Program-made: the position numbers and the translations under genes
Shown: positions 10,878 through 23,574 of the stretch, one piece after another
Numbering within the stretch: the stretch's first letter is position 1
Layout: each line of letters begins with the position of its first letter
Notes under the pieces: model-generated
The model's database searches: none
What the model was told of the DNA's origin: nothing
Seen by the model: the letters and a program-made list of their open reading frames with translations, nothing else
NCBI GenBank assembly: GCA_964016885.1
Contig: OZ024751.1
Coordinates: 7,750,001-7,814,000 of the forward strand
Direction of reading: 5' to 3'
DNA length: 64,000 nt
DNA from: Eledone cirrhosa
Lineage: Eukaryota

Positions 10878-11290
10878 TCTAGGGCGGGTAAAATTCCCGA
10901 GATCCATGGACGTGTTATCTCCAGCAGACTCTGTCCCTCGTTATCGCTGCCATGTCCTGCGTCACCAACAGACCAGTGTCAGTCCTTAGGGCATCAACAT
11001 ACGTTAACCTTGGTCTTCCTCTTCCAGTGTGTCCGTGCAGGGGCTTCCACAGGCGCACTGAGTGCTATGTCAAATCTGGATGTCGGTGGGTATCTCCAGC
11101 TAATCCCAGTCTCCTCTGTGTCATTTTTGAGCCTACTTTTGGGAGGCTCCCATACAGCTCTGAGATTTTCATCCTCAGTGTATACTGATTAATGTTCAGA
11201 GCCATCCTATATATATAGCGAGATAATATATAAACGCTTAAACACAGAAGCCGAAAGCGGTTGGTGCAGCGGTCGGAGTTTAACATTCTC
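10878..11290 (-). mobile_element. RTE-clade LINE 3' fragment, degenerate
   Basis: The minus strand reads [25 protein letters not shown] and LWKPLHGHTGRGRPRLTYVDALRTDTG..DRVCWR, a typical RTE C-terminus. Confidence 0.85.
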
Positions 11291-11349
11291 GGTATCTCTC
11301 TGTTTCTATCTCTCTCTCTCATATATATATATATACACACACACACAAA

Positions 11350-11443
<94 letters not shown>

Positions 11444-11522
11444 TATATATATATATATATATTAGAAAGTGAGGGTTTTTTACAAAATGAAAAATAACCG
11501 AGGTGTCCTACACGAGTGAAAG

Positions 11523-11820
11523 TATAAAGAACAAAAGATGAAACCGAAAATGCCACTGGAGTCTTATTAAAATATATATATATATATTTATTTGGTTCTT
11601 TTACCGGTTTCGCAGTTCTTCTGGTTTTCAAAAGTAGAGTTGAGATGGAGGGTCTGTGGGTTTTCTCACAGATGTGAGAAAAACCACAGCCCCTACATCT
11701 CCACTCTACCTCTGAAAAGCAGAAGAACTGCAAAACCGGTCAAAGAAACAAATAAATATATATATTTTAAAAAAAATAAAACTCCAGTTGCATTTTCGAT
11801 TTCATCTTTTTTTCTTTATA
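11523..11820. repeat. About 300-bp imperfect palindrome (foldback/MITE-like)
   Basis: Arms of about 148 bp centred on CTCACA-GA-TGTGAG at 11671-11672, with scattered mismatches. Confidence 0.9.
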
Positions 11821-11829
11821 TATATATAC

Positions 11830-11941
<112 letters not shown>

Positions 11942-11963
11942 GATTTTCATAGGTTGGTGTAAA

Positions 11964-12012
<49 letters not shown>

Positions 12013-12149
12013 TAATAAAAACAATGAATAAACAAAGAAACAGTTCCTTATATTAAAAAATTCATCATTTTACGATCGCTTCTAGTATATATATGTTAGT
12101 GTTGGTATGCATATCCTATAGATCTATGTAAAATGTTTACAAACTATAT

Positions 12150-12325
12150 TGGCAGTATCGGTGGAGCGTCTGATGCCAAGCTTTACAGCACACAGTTATG
12201 GCCATTTACGTTCTGAGTTCAAATCTCACCGAGGTTCAATTTGCATTTCTTCCTTACGGGGTCGATAAAATAAAGTACCAGTAATGCACTGGTGTAATTG
12301 CTGTCCTTGTGCAAGGAGTAGAAAC

Positions 12326-12327
<2 letters not shown>
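12150..12327 (+). mobile_element. tRNA-derived SINE (part of an inverted duplication)
   Basis: Same family as 7067; identical to the reverse complement of 14588-14764. Confidence 0.88.
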
Positions 12328-12383
<56 letters not shown>

Positions 12384-13772
12384 ATTGGTGCTCAGAAATA
12401 GCGATATACTTATGAATGTATGTGTTCTATATTTAATAATATACGGCTTGTTTATGAAAAATTTGTTGAAGGACATTCTCTATGAATTTTAATGTTATTA
12501 CGAACGTCACATACCTAGCTTCAGGTAATGCAGGGGGAAGTAATCCACCATGTATCACTCATAAGTGCTTATCATGACTACATATCTCTCCGATTTAACT
12601 GAGGCTAAACTAAACTGGATTCTTATAGAATTCTGCTTACGTTTATTGAATAATTTTGGATGAGAATATTTTCCCCAGGATATATGTAATGTAGTTAATT
12701 AACAACAGGATTATGTCATCTATTGACATGCCTGTGGTATTCAGTAACAACCAACGTTCAAACCCTCCTTCCGCTTAAGTTCTGGAAGTTCTTAACGTTG
12801 TTTTTAATCTCTTAAGCGTGTACGAAAGTCCTACTCTCACTAGAATATTGTTCAAGAATGTTAATCGAATAACCAGGATATGGCAACTGTGAAAATTATA
12901 AGATTGATTGGGTTAAGAAATCGGAAGTGTAGTAATACTATACAGGCCTATCACTATGTTATCAACAACCTTATCAATATTCTAAGTCAATAATGAAATA
13001 CAAAAACATTTTTTTTTAAATATCGAGATAGCAAAGAGATTGACCCAATGTTCGCTCTGATTTCATTCAGGAAAATACAAGTCACAAGATAAAGAAAGAT
13101 ATGGATACGCTTGTAAGTGCTTTGTCTTGTTTCTTTATATAAAGTTCGTGTTGGATATATACGTATTTCTTATATGGTAATATATATATACATGTTCCCT
13201 GATTGTAGATATACAGTTCTGGTTTATTTCTGCATACCACACATCAGTGCTTCTATTACCTCTCCTAGGATGGCAATTCAACTCGCAAAATCATTGGACG
13301 TGAAATTGTATGCAGTTATGAGAATTCTTTACGGTGATAGTATTTTCTATTTAGATCACAATTAATGCCGCTACCTTGACTTTTGGGGTTAGCTGTCAGA
13401 AATATAAATGCTCTACTACGATATTTAAGAGTTATTACGCTTTATATAATAATTACTAGTCAGTTAGGAACATAATTTGGGACATTATTAATTGCCCGCT
13501 CTCGTTGGACATGTAAACACACAATTGTTATACTGTCTATTCATTTATATAAATACTAATATTACAGTTGGCTCATGGCCTTCATCGTTTCTATTTCTCG
13601 AACGACAAATGTGATGCTTTGTAACATATGATGCGTTGACCCCGTGTGGATATACATTATATCCTATGTTTCACAATGACGATTCGCATGATTACCATGA
13701 CGTTGAAGTTGGTGTTGTTGGAGGAGTTTATCTATATAGACACGGACACACAGAAAAACATACACACACACA

Positions 13773-13810
<38 letters not shown>

Positions 13811-13862
13811 CCGTCGGGGTCGTGATTCTTTTCCTACACACACACACAAATACACACACACA

Positions 13863-13908
<46 letters not shown>

Positions 13909-14325
13909 TAAATCTACCAAAATGTACGGTAGTGTCCAATCCGTATGAAGAACTCAATGTAATCCGAATATCATGAAAAGAGAAGATGTATTCAAACATT
14001 TTTTCGATGAAAAATAACGGAAAACAGAGTCAAGATAAATTAATAAAAACAATGAATAAAGAAAGAAAAGTTCCTTATATTAAAAAATTCATTATTTTAC
14101 GATCGTTTCTAGGATATATATGTTAGTGTTGGTATGCATATCCTATAGATCTATGTAAATTGTTTACAAACTATCAGAGGGAATATACATACGTACACAT
14201 ATATATGCTGTCTTCAGAAATAATGATATTTGTTTGTTGAAAAAAACCAACAAAGATTTAATACAATAGGTCTGTTTGGGAACAGGTTTTGAATTGACCA
14301 ATAGAAAGATAGTGAAGGTCAAGAT

Positions 14326-14455
14326 GGTAAAATAGTAGTAAAAGAACCTTAATTTATGGGTAGAGGAAGGTAGATTTCATAATATTCTTTTCATCAAAAA
14401 CTGAAATCTACCTTCCTCTACCCATAAATTAAGGTTCTTTTACTACTATTTTACC
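14326..14455. repeat. Perfect 54-bp inverted repeat with 22-bp spacer
   Basis: 14326-14379 is the reverse complement of 14402-14455. Confidence 0.95.
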
Positions 14456-14546
14456 GTATATTATTAAATATAGAACTATTTTACCGTATATTATTAAATA
14501 TAGAACACATACATTCATAAGTATATCGCTATTTCTGAGCACCAAT

Positions 14547-14587
<41 letters not shown>

Positions 14588-14588
<1 letters not shown>

Positions 14589-14764
14589 GTTTCTACTCCT
14601 TGCACAAGGACAGCAATTACACCAGTGCATTACTGGTACTTTATTTTATCGACCCCGTAAGGAAGAAATGCAAATTGAACCTCGGTGAGATTTGAACTCA
14701 GAACGTAAATGGCCATAACTGTGTGCTGTAAAGCTTGGCATCAGACGCTCCACCGATACTGCCA
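14588..14764 (-). mobile_element. tRNA-derived SINE
   Basis: Reverse-strand B box (GATTTGAACTC) and the family body and tail. Confidence 0.88.
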
Positions 14765-15139
14765 ATATTATGTATTTGCGTGTGTGTGTACATATATGTC
14801 TAAGTAACGTACATTATAATACTATTTTCTTTAGCAAGAAGAATATGTTATAACATCATTGTTCCTGTCTCTGGAAACAACGATTATTGCTTAGACTTTC
14901 GTGGAAATTACTGTCTGTAATAAGTATAATGATCATGACCATAATGGCCGTGAAGTCCATAATATAAGGTTATTATCTCCATAGCCAACACCATTGCAGT
15001 CATTGTAGATGTAAATAATGGTGAGTTGTGTCTGTCTCTGAACAATGTCGTTATAATAAGTCATTATGAAAGAGAATCTGAAGATTATCTATTTTGTGAA
15101 TAGGTAGCTACTTTAACTAATATCTATGATTGACTGTGT

Positions 15140-15920
15140 TGATAACGATGATGATGGTGGTGACGATGGCGATGGTGATGATAATTATGACGATGATGAT
15201 GATGATGATGACGACGATGTCGATGATGAGGATGACGATGATGGTGACGACGATGATGATGATGACGATGACGATGATGATGACGACGATGATGATGGTG
15301 ACGATGATGACGACGACGATGATGATGATGACGATGCTGATGATGACGACGATGATGATGACGACGATGATGATGACGATGCTGATGATGACGACGATGA
15401 TGATGACGACAACGACGATGATGATGACGACGACGATGATGACGATGCTGATGATGACGATGATGAGGGCGTTTATGAATTCGATGTATGTGATGATGAC
15501 GATGGTGTTGATGATAATGGAGTCAGTGATGATGTTTTTGATGACGAGGAGGATATGGATGTTGATGACAACGGTGATGATGATGATGAGACGTTCTTGT
15601 CGATGTGGATCATGTTGTTGATGATGATTATGCTGATGATGTAGACGACGTTTTTTTATGATGATGATAATGCTGATGATGATGTCGTTGATGATTGTGT
15701 TGATAATGTTGATGGTGATGAAGATTATGTTGATAATGATACTGATGATGATGATTTTGATTTTGATGATGATGGTTAAAGATCATGATGATGTTGATTA
15801 TGTTATGTATGTTGATGCTTTTGGTGTAGATGGTAATATTTATGATGATAATGATGATGATGATGATGATGGTGTACATGAGGTTTATGATGTGGTGGTG
15901 GTGGTGGTTGTGGATTATGA
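15140..15920. repeat. Degenerate (GAT/GAC)n low-complexity tract
   Basis: Directly visible; similar tracts at 16470-16880, 22080-22480 and, as (CAT)n, 23575-24150. Confidence 0.95.
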
Positions 15921-16920
15921 TGAAAATCCCTTCCTCCTCATATACTCATTCCATTCAGAAATGCTTCAATATATTTTTTTTCTTCGCCTTTTTACACTTA
16001 ACTCCATCTAAGAATTTCAAGGAGCTTCCAGAAGGCGGAGCAACATTCACAATGTTAACAGCTGCAACTTAACAATACATCATTGAATATTCAGAAAGTT
16101 TAGTGTAAGGGGTTTTAACCGTAGTGCCAATAAATCTAAAATGCTTAATGAATGTGCTGAAGTGAGGATTGTGAGCGTTTGGGAAATAAAAAGAAAAAAA
16201 GAAAAACGTTATGTATCGTAACAAGAGCATCGATGTTGATGCTTGAAATGTTATCGATTTTTTTTCATTCTTTCTTTCTTTCCTGTCCTGCGACATTCAG
16301 CTGTGTGAATGTTTGGAGAGAAATGGTGACGTAGTCAGTTGTTTCTACTCAGTAATGTGATTAGAACCGATTGAATTGGACACGAATTGATGACGAGCGA
16401 CATTCGATGTTGTGAACGTAAGGCGAGGAGAAAGAGATACTCAGTAATATATGCTGACCAAACTACTCTAGTGATGATGGTGATGATGATGATGATGCTG
16501 TTGAAGATGATGAGGGTAAAGATGATGACGATGAGGGTAAAGATGATGACGATGACGATAATGATGACGATAGGGATTATGAGGAAGATGATGACAAATA
16601 TGTTAATGTTGACGATGGTAATGATGGTGTTTAGGATGGTAATGATGATGATGATGATTATAATTATAACGATGATGGTGAGGGTAATGAGGATTATGAT
16701 AATGTCGATGATGATGATGACGATGATGATGAAGATGATATTGATGATGAAGATAATGGTTACGATGATGAATATAATAAAATGACGACTGATGATGGTG
16801 ATGATGATAACGAGTGTGGTCGTGGTGGTAATGATGATGATGATGATGATGGTGATAATGATGGTTATGGCGATAATTATGTTAGTGAAGTTGGGGTTTA
16901 TAGGGAGTGTGATAATAATA

Positions 16921-17128
16921 AATGTATCTACTTTAGACACAAGGTCAGTGATTTGAAGGAGGTGTTTAAGACGATAAAATCGACCCCAGTGTATTACAGA
17001 TACTTTTTTTAACGAACCCCTAAGGATGAAATGCAAACTTAACACCTGTCGGTTTTGAACTCAGTACGTAAAAGGCCGTAACTATATGCCACAGGCATAT
17101 AGTTACGGCGTTCTACTGACACTGCGAA
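16921..17128 (-). mobile_element. tRNA-derived SINE, diverged
   Basis: CTACTTTAGACACAAGG tail, CCCCTAAGGATGAAA body and TTTGAACTCAG B box on the reverse strand. Confidence 0.75.
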
Positions 17129-17152
17129 TATGATGATGAAAATAATAATGTT

Positions 17153-17328
17153 GATTTCTACTATAGACACAATGGCAGCAATTCTTGGGGGGGGGGGCGA
17201 GGGGAGAGTCAATTAAACCTACTCTAGTTAGTTAATGGTACTTTATTTTATCGACCCCGTAAGGATGAAAGTCAAATTAAAATAGCCGTAACTAAATGCT
17301 GTTGTCCGATGCTCTAACGTTACTGCCA

Positions 17329-17330
<2 letters not shown>
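17153..17330 (-). mobile_element. tRNA-derived SINE with internal deletion, next to (AAT)n
   Basis: TATCGACCCCGTAAGGATGAAA body and TACTGCCAA 5' end; the B-box region is missing. Confidence 0.75.
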
Positions 17331-17402
<72 letters not shown>

Positions 17403-17697
17403 CAACAACATACACTCCAGGATAGCTACGTTTACATTGTGGCGTGATCTCCTCTTCCATTATATTCTGAATGTCCTCATATGTTTCTTTCTTATTTAAT
17501 TAAAATATTCCTCTCCTGAAAAAACTGTAATTGCTAATCTAATGCTTTCAATATTTTTCATCATGATCTTCCTCCCGTTTTATAAATATTCCTGTTTGTT
17601 TGCTCATTGGATTATTTTCTTTCTTTTTCATGTTGGATCCATTTCTGTTCGATTTATCAAGGTAAAATTGTTTTCCTTTATCCGTTTTCAAATTAAT

Positions 17698-18010
17698 CTT
17701 CTTCTTCTTCTTCTTCTTCTTCTTCTTCTTCTTCTTCTTCTTCTTCTTCTTCTTCTTCTTCTTCTTCTTCTTCTTCTTCTTCTTCTTCTTCTTCTTCTTC
17801 TTGTGAGGGTCGTGGGGGTGGGGCGTGTGGGGTGGGGAAGAAGTTTTCAAATACTCCTTCCAGCGTGTCTTGTCAGATACAATCATCGCCAACTAATCCA
17901 GCTGTATCCCCAACTGATCTAGCCAAGCTCCTGGATGTTATCCAACCATTTTGCTCGGGATCTACCCCTGGGCCTCCTGTCCATGTATTATCACATTTCT
18001 GGTATTTGAG
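17698..18010 (-). mobile_element. RTE-clade LINE 3' end with (AAG)n tail
   Basis: The minus strand reads RRPRGRSRAKWLDNIQELG and IVSDKTRWKE, followed by the (AAG)n tract at 17698-17802. Confidence 0.7.
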
Positions 18011-18129
18011 AAAATGGGAAATGTGGTCAAAAATGTTACAACTCCTACTGAATATATCAAATCATTCATCTAGGTAATGTTGTTGATATGAAATTTTGTT
18101 GATATGAAATGTTGTTGATATTTCGTTCT

Positions 18130-18720
18130 ATTGTTTACTCTTGTATAGATTGGTCCTTTAATTGACACATATTTCCCCATTTTCTATTATAAATATCATT
18201 ATTGTTTTTATTATAATTTGTTACTACTGTGATCGGCTGGGTTGTAACTTCATTCTCAGTATTTTGGAAATTTAGCAGATTTAAAATATATGAGGAAAAA
18301 TATATTTCATGCGCCCTGTCTACAAAAAACGGTATGGTATCGTTTCTCTTGTCTCTGATACTTTTAATTTGTAAGACAAACGGATTATCCATTGGTAAAT
18401 TAGTTCCACAAATGCTTAACCAACAATCAGTGTAAAATTAACTATTCTGCAGAACTGATGCATAACAAAAAAACAAACTAGTATTCTCAAAATGATTGGT
18501 AGCACCAAGGGTTGCTAGTTTAGCAGATGGATGACTAAATGGGAAAAATTCTACAGCATTTACATAGAGAGAAACCATCAAATTTAATGTATGTATGTAA
18601 ATCCTTACTCCTAATGATTTGATTCGTTTTATGTACCATTAAGAATTTCCTTTGCGTGGTTCTATAAATAAAATGTTATCAATTACCGTACTTCAAGGGA
18701 CTTACCACGAAATAAACAGG
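18130..18720 (-). mobile_element. Possible highly degraded Penelope-like element
   Basis: Ordered weak motifs R(fs)IDNILF, DLHTYIKF, IPF and PITVVTNYNKNN resemble PLE RYIDDIF, LHPSIKF and PFVTTYNPNN. Confidence 0.4.
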
Positions 18721-19794
18721 CCTACTAAAAAAATAGCTATTTTAAAGGTAGTTTTAATTTGTTAAGTGTCTCATTTTTCTATCGTTGATTCACAACAAAT
18801 CCATGTCCAATAATTAGTCGACTAAATGCTAATATACATTTTAATCTAAGCTTAGAGATATGTGATTTTGCATGATACTTTTCCTTCTTTTACCGAATAA
18901 CTGTATATATGGATGCATTTTAATATTGAAATTATTATATATGCTTTTCCCTACGCAAACCAAAGAAATAAATAGCAGCAAACGTTCCAGCAACTAGGAA
19001 ATATTTATTCATGGGAATATTTTAACGTGGAAGCAGAGAACAAATATATAGACAAACTACATATGGGTTTATATCTGGGATTAACATTAACGAAAGCAAA
19101 GAAGTGATAATGGAAAATGAGGAGATAAAACTTGAACAACGAGTATCTTGTAAAATATCACAACAGAAAACACTTCAGAAGACAGACGTATTGGCCACCG
19201 AGGTATTAGAAATAGCAACAATAATGTAGAACATACAAGATGAGAATGCTACGCAATAGACAGAAAATCAGACAACGTTAATATAAATGGAAAAAGCAAA
19301 CTAAATTACCTTAGAACAAATGTAACGCCCGGGCGAGCTAGAGAATGATATAAAACTTTATATAACAGAAGCATTAGGAATTAAAAACAAGAAAACTGTA
19401 AGATATCGGAACCAAATTGAAAATGATGGATAAAAGAAGTAACTCCACAAGACAGGATACGAATATTGGAATAGTGGTAGAATGAAAGCATAAGGGAGCA
19501 TGTTAAAGAATGCATCACTTTATTTGATCCTAAAAAAAAGACATTGAGTGAAAAACAAAGATTGTATTACTGTGTGGAAGAAATTCCTCGACAATCACTC
19601 AATCTAAATAAGGAAAACGAAATTTTCCAGAAAGAAGCCAAACTACAATACTGGCAGAATATAATGTTCTTTATAGAAGGGATGTAGTTTCAAGAGCGAA
19701 AATAGAATGACCATAGTTACATGATACTATTGGAACAAGTAACAATATCATAAAGGGCCACAGTGGAAACACTATATGGGATGGACTCTCCCTT

Positions 19795-19834
<40 letters not shown>

Positions 19835-20539
19835 GTAAATGATAAGACACACTCACACACACACACACACACAGATACACACACACACACACACATACAC
19901 ACACACACATATATATAAACGAACTTATTAAATATATTGATATATAGATAGATAAATAGATAGCATATATATACGTATTTAGTATATATATAAAGATATA
20001 TATATATATATAAATGTGGGAGTGTGGGTGTATGTGTGTGTGTGTGTGTGTGTGCATATGTGTGTGTGTGTGTGGAGTGTGTATCCCTGCTCGAGTCAGT
20101 GCTTTTGGTGGATGTGGGTGATGTATGTATCTTAACATTCGCTTCTGCTACGATATTCCACTTAATACATAATCCCAATATTTGTATGTTTTCTGTTATC
20201 TAATTTTATTGATGTATTTTCTATGGTTTAAGAATTAATTATTAACTCTATTGGTTTATAGTTTTTAGATGAAATACTCTGTTATAAAATGATTTGATAT
20301 TATCAATAACGTAATTTATTTTCGCCAGAGTTAAGTGCATACCCGATTAATAAGATGGCAGGAAAATATTGTAGCTAATCATATTGGGCACGTTTTCTGA
20401 GAAAATTCGTACTTCAAAGATATATGAACCAATAAAAATCGCATATGAATTTCTATCTGTTACACACGCAGTGACTAACAACAGAATATTTTAAGTCTGC
20501 GTGTCTCACATATATGCGTAGCTTGTGAATAAAAAATTG

Positions 20540-20760
20540 AAGGGGTCTCGCTGGCCGTTTTGATGACGCATGCTAAACATGTTTTGTAATGTATCGTCTT
20601 CTTGGCTGATTTCATCGTCTGATTGGCTAATCAACCGACGAGAGTAATTGTTTCTCAAAAGCATCCATATTGTTTGCACGTTTATTTATCATTTCGCTTT
20701 CGAATCTTCCTCCTGCATTTCGTCGTTTAACATCAACATATTCTTCTCGTTTTGGTAAGT
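20540..20760 (+). promoter_or_regulatory. Candidate Pol II promoter and first non-coding exon
   Basis: Local CpG enrichment, TGATGACGCA (CRE-like, 20561-20570), CTGATTGGCTA (reverse CCAAT/NF-Y, 20619-20629) and donor GTAAGT at 20755 followed by very AT-rich sequence. Confidence 0.35.
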
Positions 20761-21177
20761 TGTATTGTTAATTTATATATGATTTTTTTAATTTATGCTA
20801 TTTTTTTCACTTCGTTATATCATATTTACTTGTATATTTGTCCATATTATTGTTCGTTTTATGTTAGATTATTTTATTATTATTATGTTAGATTATTTTT
20901 GTATTATTATGTTAGACTATTTTTATGTAATATTTAAATTTTTATTAATTCAACTATAACAATTATTATGTAAAATATATTTATTTAATATTGATTGTTT
21001 TTTGTAGTTGTTTATATTAAAAGTCTGAAAATATATTTATACATCTTAAAATAATATTTATAAGATCATCTATAAAATAACAATTATATAATCTAATTAC
21101 ATTACAACGATAATTTATTATTAATATATATCATGTTTAACTAGAGTTATTATAAGCGTTGCCGTAAAACAATATTA

Positions 21178-21597
21178 AACTAGACCTGAAAAATGCGCAA
21201 GCTCAAAAGAGCCACATAATGTTATAATAAACCTTCAAAAGTGTGGTACTAGAGTTGTTGCTCAAACATATTGCAATCATTATCTATCGTACACTCTGTG
21301 GCATCCTCAAGACGTCACGATAATTATTTAAGTGCATTTTTAATATAGAATTCGGTTTAAGTGTATTTCGTATTAATCATTACTAAACATCTAATATGAG
21401 ATATTGAACATTAGCTTAAATAATGATTGTGTTGTCTTGAGTTCGTTATGAGCCTCTTTTTTATAAAAGGATGCCACAGTGTGCACGATAGATAATGATT
21501 CCAATATTTTTGAGCAACAACTCTAGTACCACACTTTTGAAAGTTTATTATAACATTCTGTGGCTCTTTTGAGCTTGCGCATTTTTCAGGTCTAGTT
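21178..21597. mobile_element. MITE-like element with terminal inverted repeats of about 130 bp
   Basis: 21178-21307 is nearly the reverse complement of 21468-21597; weaker symmetry continues inward (21308-21333 vs 21414-21440). Confidence 0.8.
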
Positions 21598-21640
21598 AAA
21601 TATAGAGTAAGCTGCTAATATTATATGAGATCGAAAATAG

Positions 21641-21848
21641 TTGGAAATGTCGGTTAGAGCATCGGGCACATGCTTTATGAAGTATAGTTACAGTCCTTTA
21701 CGGTCTGTGTACAAATCTTGTCGATGTTAGCTTTGCTTTTCATCCTTAGGTGGTCGATTAAATAAAGTTCCATTAATGCATTAGCGTTGATTTAATCGAA
21801 TTTCCTCTCCCTCGAAATTGTTGGTGTTGTGCCTTAATCATTAACCAA
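21641..21848 (+). mobile_element. tRNA-derived SINE, old and diverged
   Basis: GCTTTTCATCCTTAGGTGGTCGATTAAATAAAG body and TTGTGCCTTAA tail. Confidence 0.75.
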
Positions 21849-22739
21849 TAATATGAATAAGGTTTTGGCTATTCTGAGATAACTAACGTTGAAATATCTG
21901 AGTGGCATTCGGAGAGAAAATATATCTAACTTTGCCACACTGTACTTAAAATAGAGCGAGCACACCTATCAAACCTATTTACTAAAATATCAGTATAGAT
22001 ATAATTAACTAATTATCCAGGAGAAGATAATAATTGCGACACGTTACGGCAAATAGATGTACATTTTGGAGTTAGGTAGATGATGGTGATGATGGTGATG
22101 ATAGTAAAGATGATACTGACGACGACGACGATATTGATGATGGGGATGAAGACGATAATTGTGATGGTGATGATGGTGATGATAATAAAGATGTTACTGA
22201 CGACCACGAAGACGATGATGATGCTGATGCTGATGATGAGTACCATGATGACGGAGACCATCACAACAATGATGGTATGGATTATGTTGATAAGAAAGAA
22301 TAGAAGACTGAAGAGGCGGAAAAGGATAATGACGGTGAAGTCGAGGGTGATGATGGCGATACTGATTATATAGATGATGATGCTTCTGACGGAGATAAGG
22401 ATTTTATAGTTAATAAGTTTGACGATAAGAATAACGTAGCAGATACTACTGATGATGATGATGGCGATGGCTATGATGTGCTAGATAAGACTTACGAGAA
22501 ATAAATAAACGTGCGGTCACTTAAGAAATATCTACATATATTCATACATACGAGAACATGGAAAACATATCTAAAAAGTCACATATAATACATGTATACG
22601 TAAAATCAGGAATACATGCTCTAAATATATCTACACACTTTCATATATAACACAGATACACTCATAGTCAGACATGCATACGTACTAATCACACACACAC
22701 ACACAGGCGAGCGCACACACATATATATATATATATGTA

Positions 22740-22797
<58 letters not shown>

Positions 22798-22821
22798 CAC
22801 ATCCAGGCATGCTTAATGCAC

Positions 22822-22895
<74 letters not shown>

Positions 22896-22898
22896 ATG

Positions 22899-22946
<48 letters not shown>

Positions 22947-23387
22947 AATATATATACATTCAAACACGAGCATACATATGCACGTACATGCACACGCACA
23001 CACACACACACACATATATATACAGCACGTACCTAAGTATAGACCTGAACATTCCTATAAATACACGTACACACATAAACACATAAACACATATATACAT
23101 ACGCAGATACGACCATAGTTACCTATACATATTCGACAATACATATATGCAAATATATATGGAGAAAGACCCAGAGAGAGGGGAAAGGAATGGGAAAAAA
23201 TGAGTGATAAAATCACAGCTCTAAGAAGTATAGAAAAACTATTCAATTGATTGCTAAGTGGGTTTAACATAATTAAACAGCAGATGGTAATTCTGTAGGG
23301 GAAGCAACGTAAATCACATTATCATTATAATCACCATCGTCATCATCATTATCAACATCATCATCCCGGTCATCATTACCATACAAT

Positions 23388-23574
23388 GGCGGTAGATCGG
23401 CAGTATCTGTAGAGGGTCGGACGCCATGCTTTCCAGCATAGTTACGTCCCTTTACGGTCCGAGTTCAAATCCCGCCGAGGTTGACTTTGCCTTTCATCCT
23501 TACGGGGTCGATAAAATAAAGTACCAGTAATGTACTGGTTTATTGCTGGCCTTGTGCCTACAGTAGAAACAATT
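23388..23574 (+). mobile_element. tRNA-derived SINE with 13-bp target-site duplication
   Basis: Full A/B boxes, body and tail; TSD ATCATTACCATAC at 23372-23384 and 23575-23587. Confidence 0.92.

Noticed and set aside
12480-13400. Possible Penelope remnant (YNFHSCH on minus, SLDVK on plus)
   Set aside because: The motifs are short and on opposite strands, so the evidence is insufficient.
15126-16011. Poly-Asp, poly-Met and poly-Ser ORFs
   Set aside because: They are translations of (GAT/GAC)n simple repeats, with no domain or splice support.
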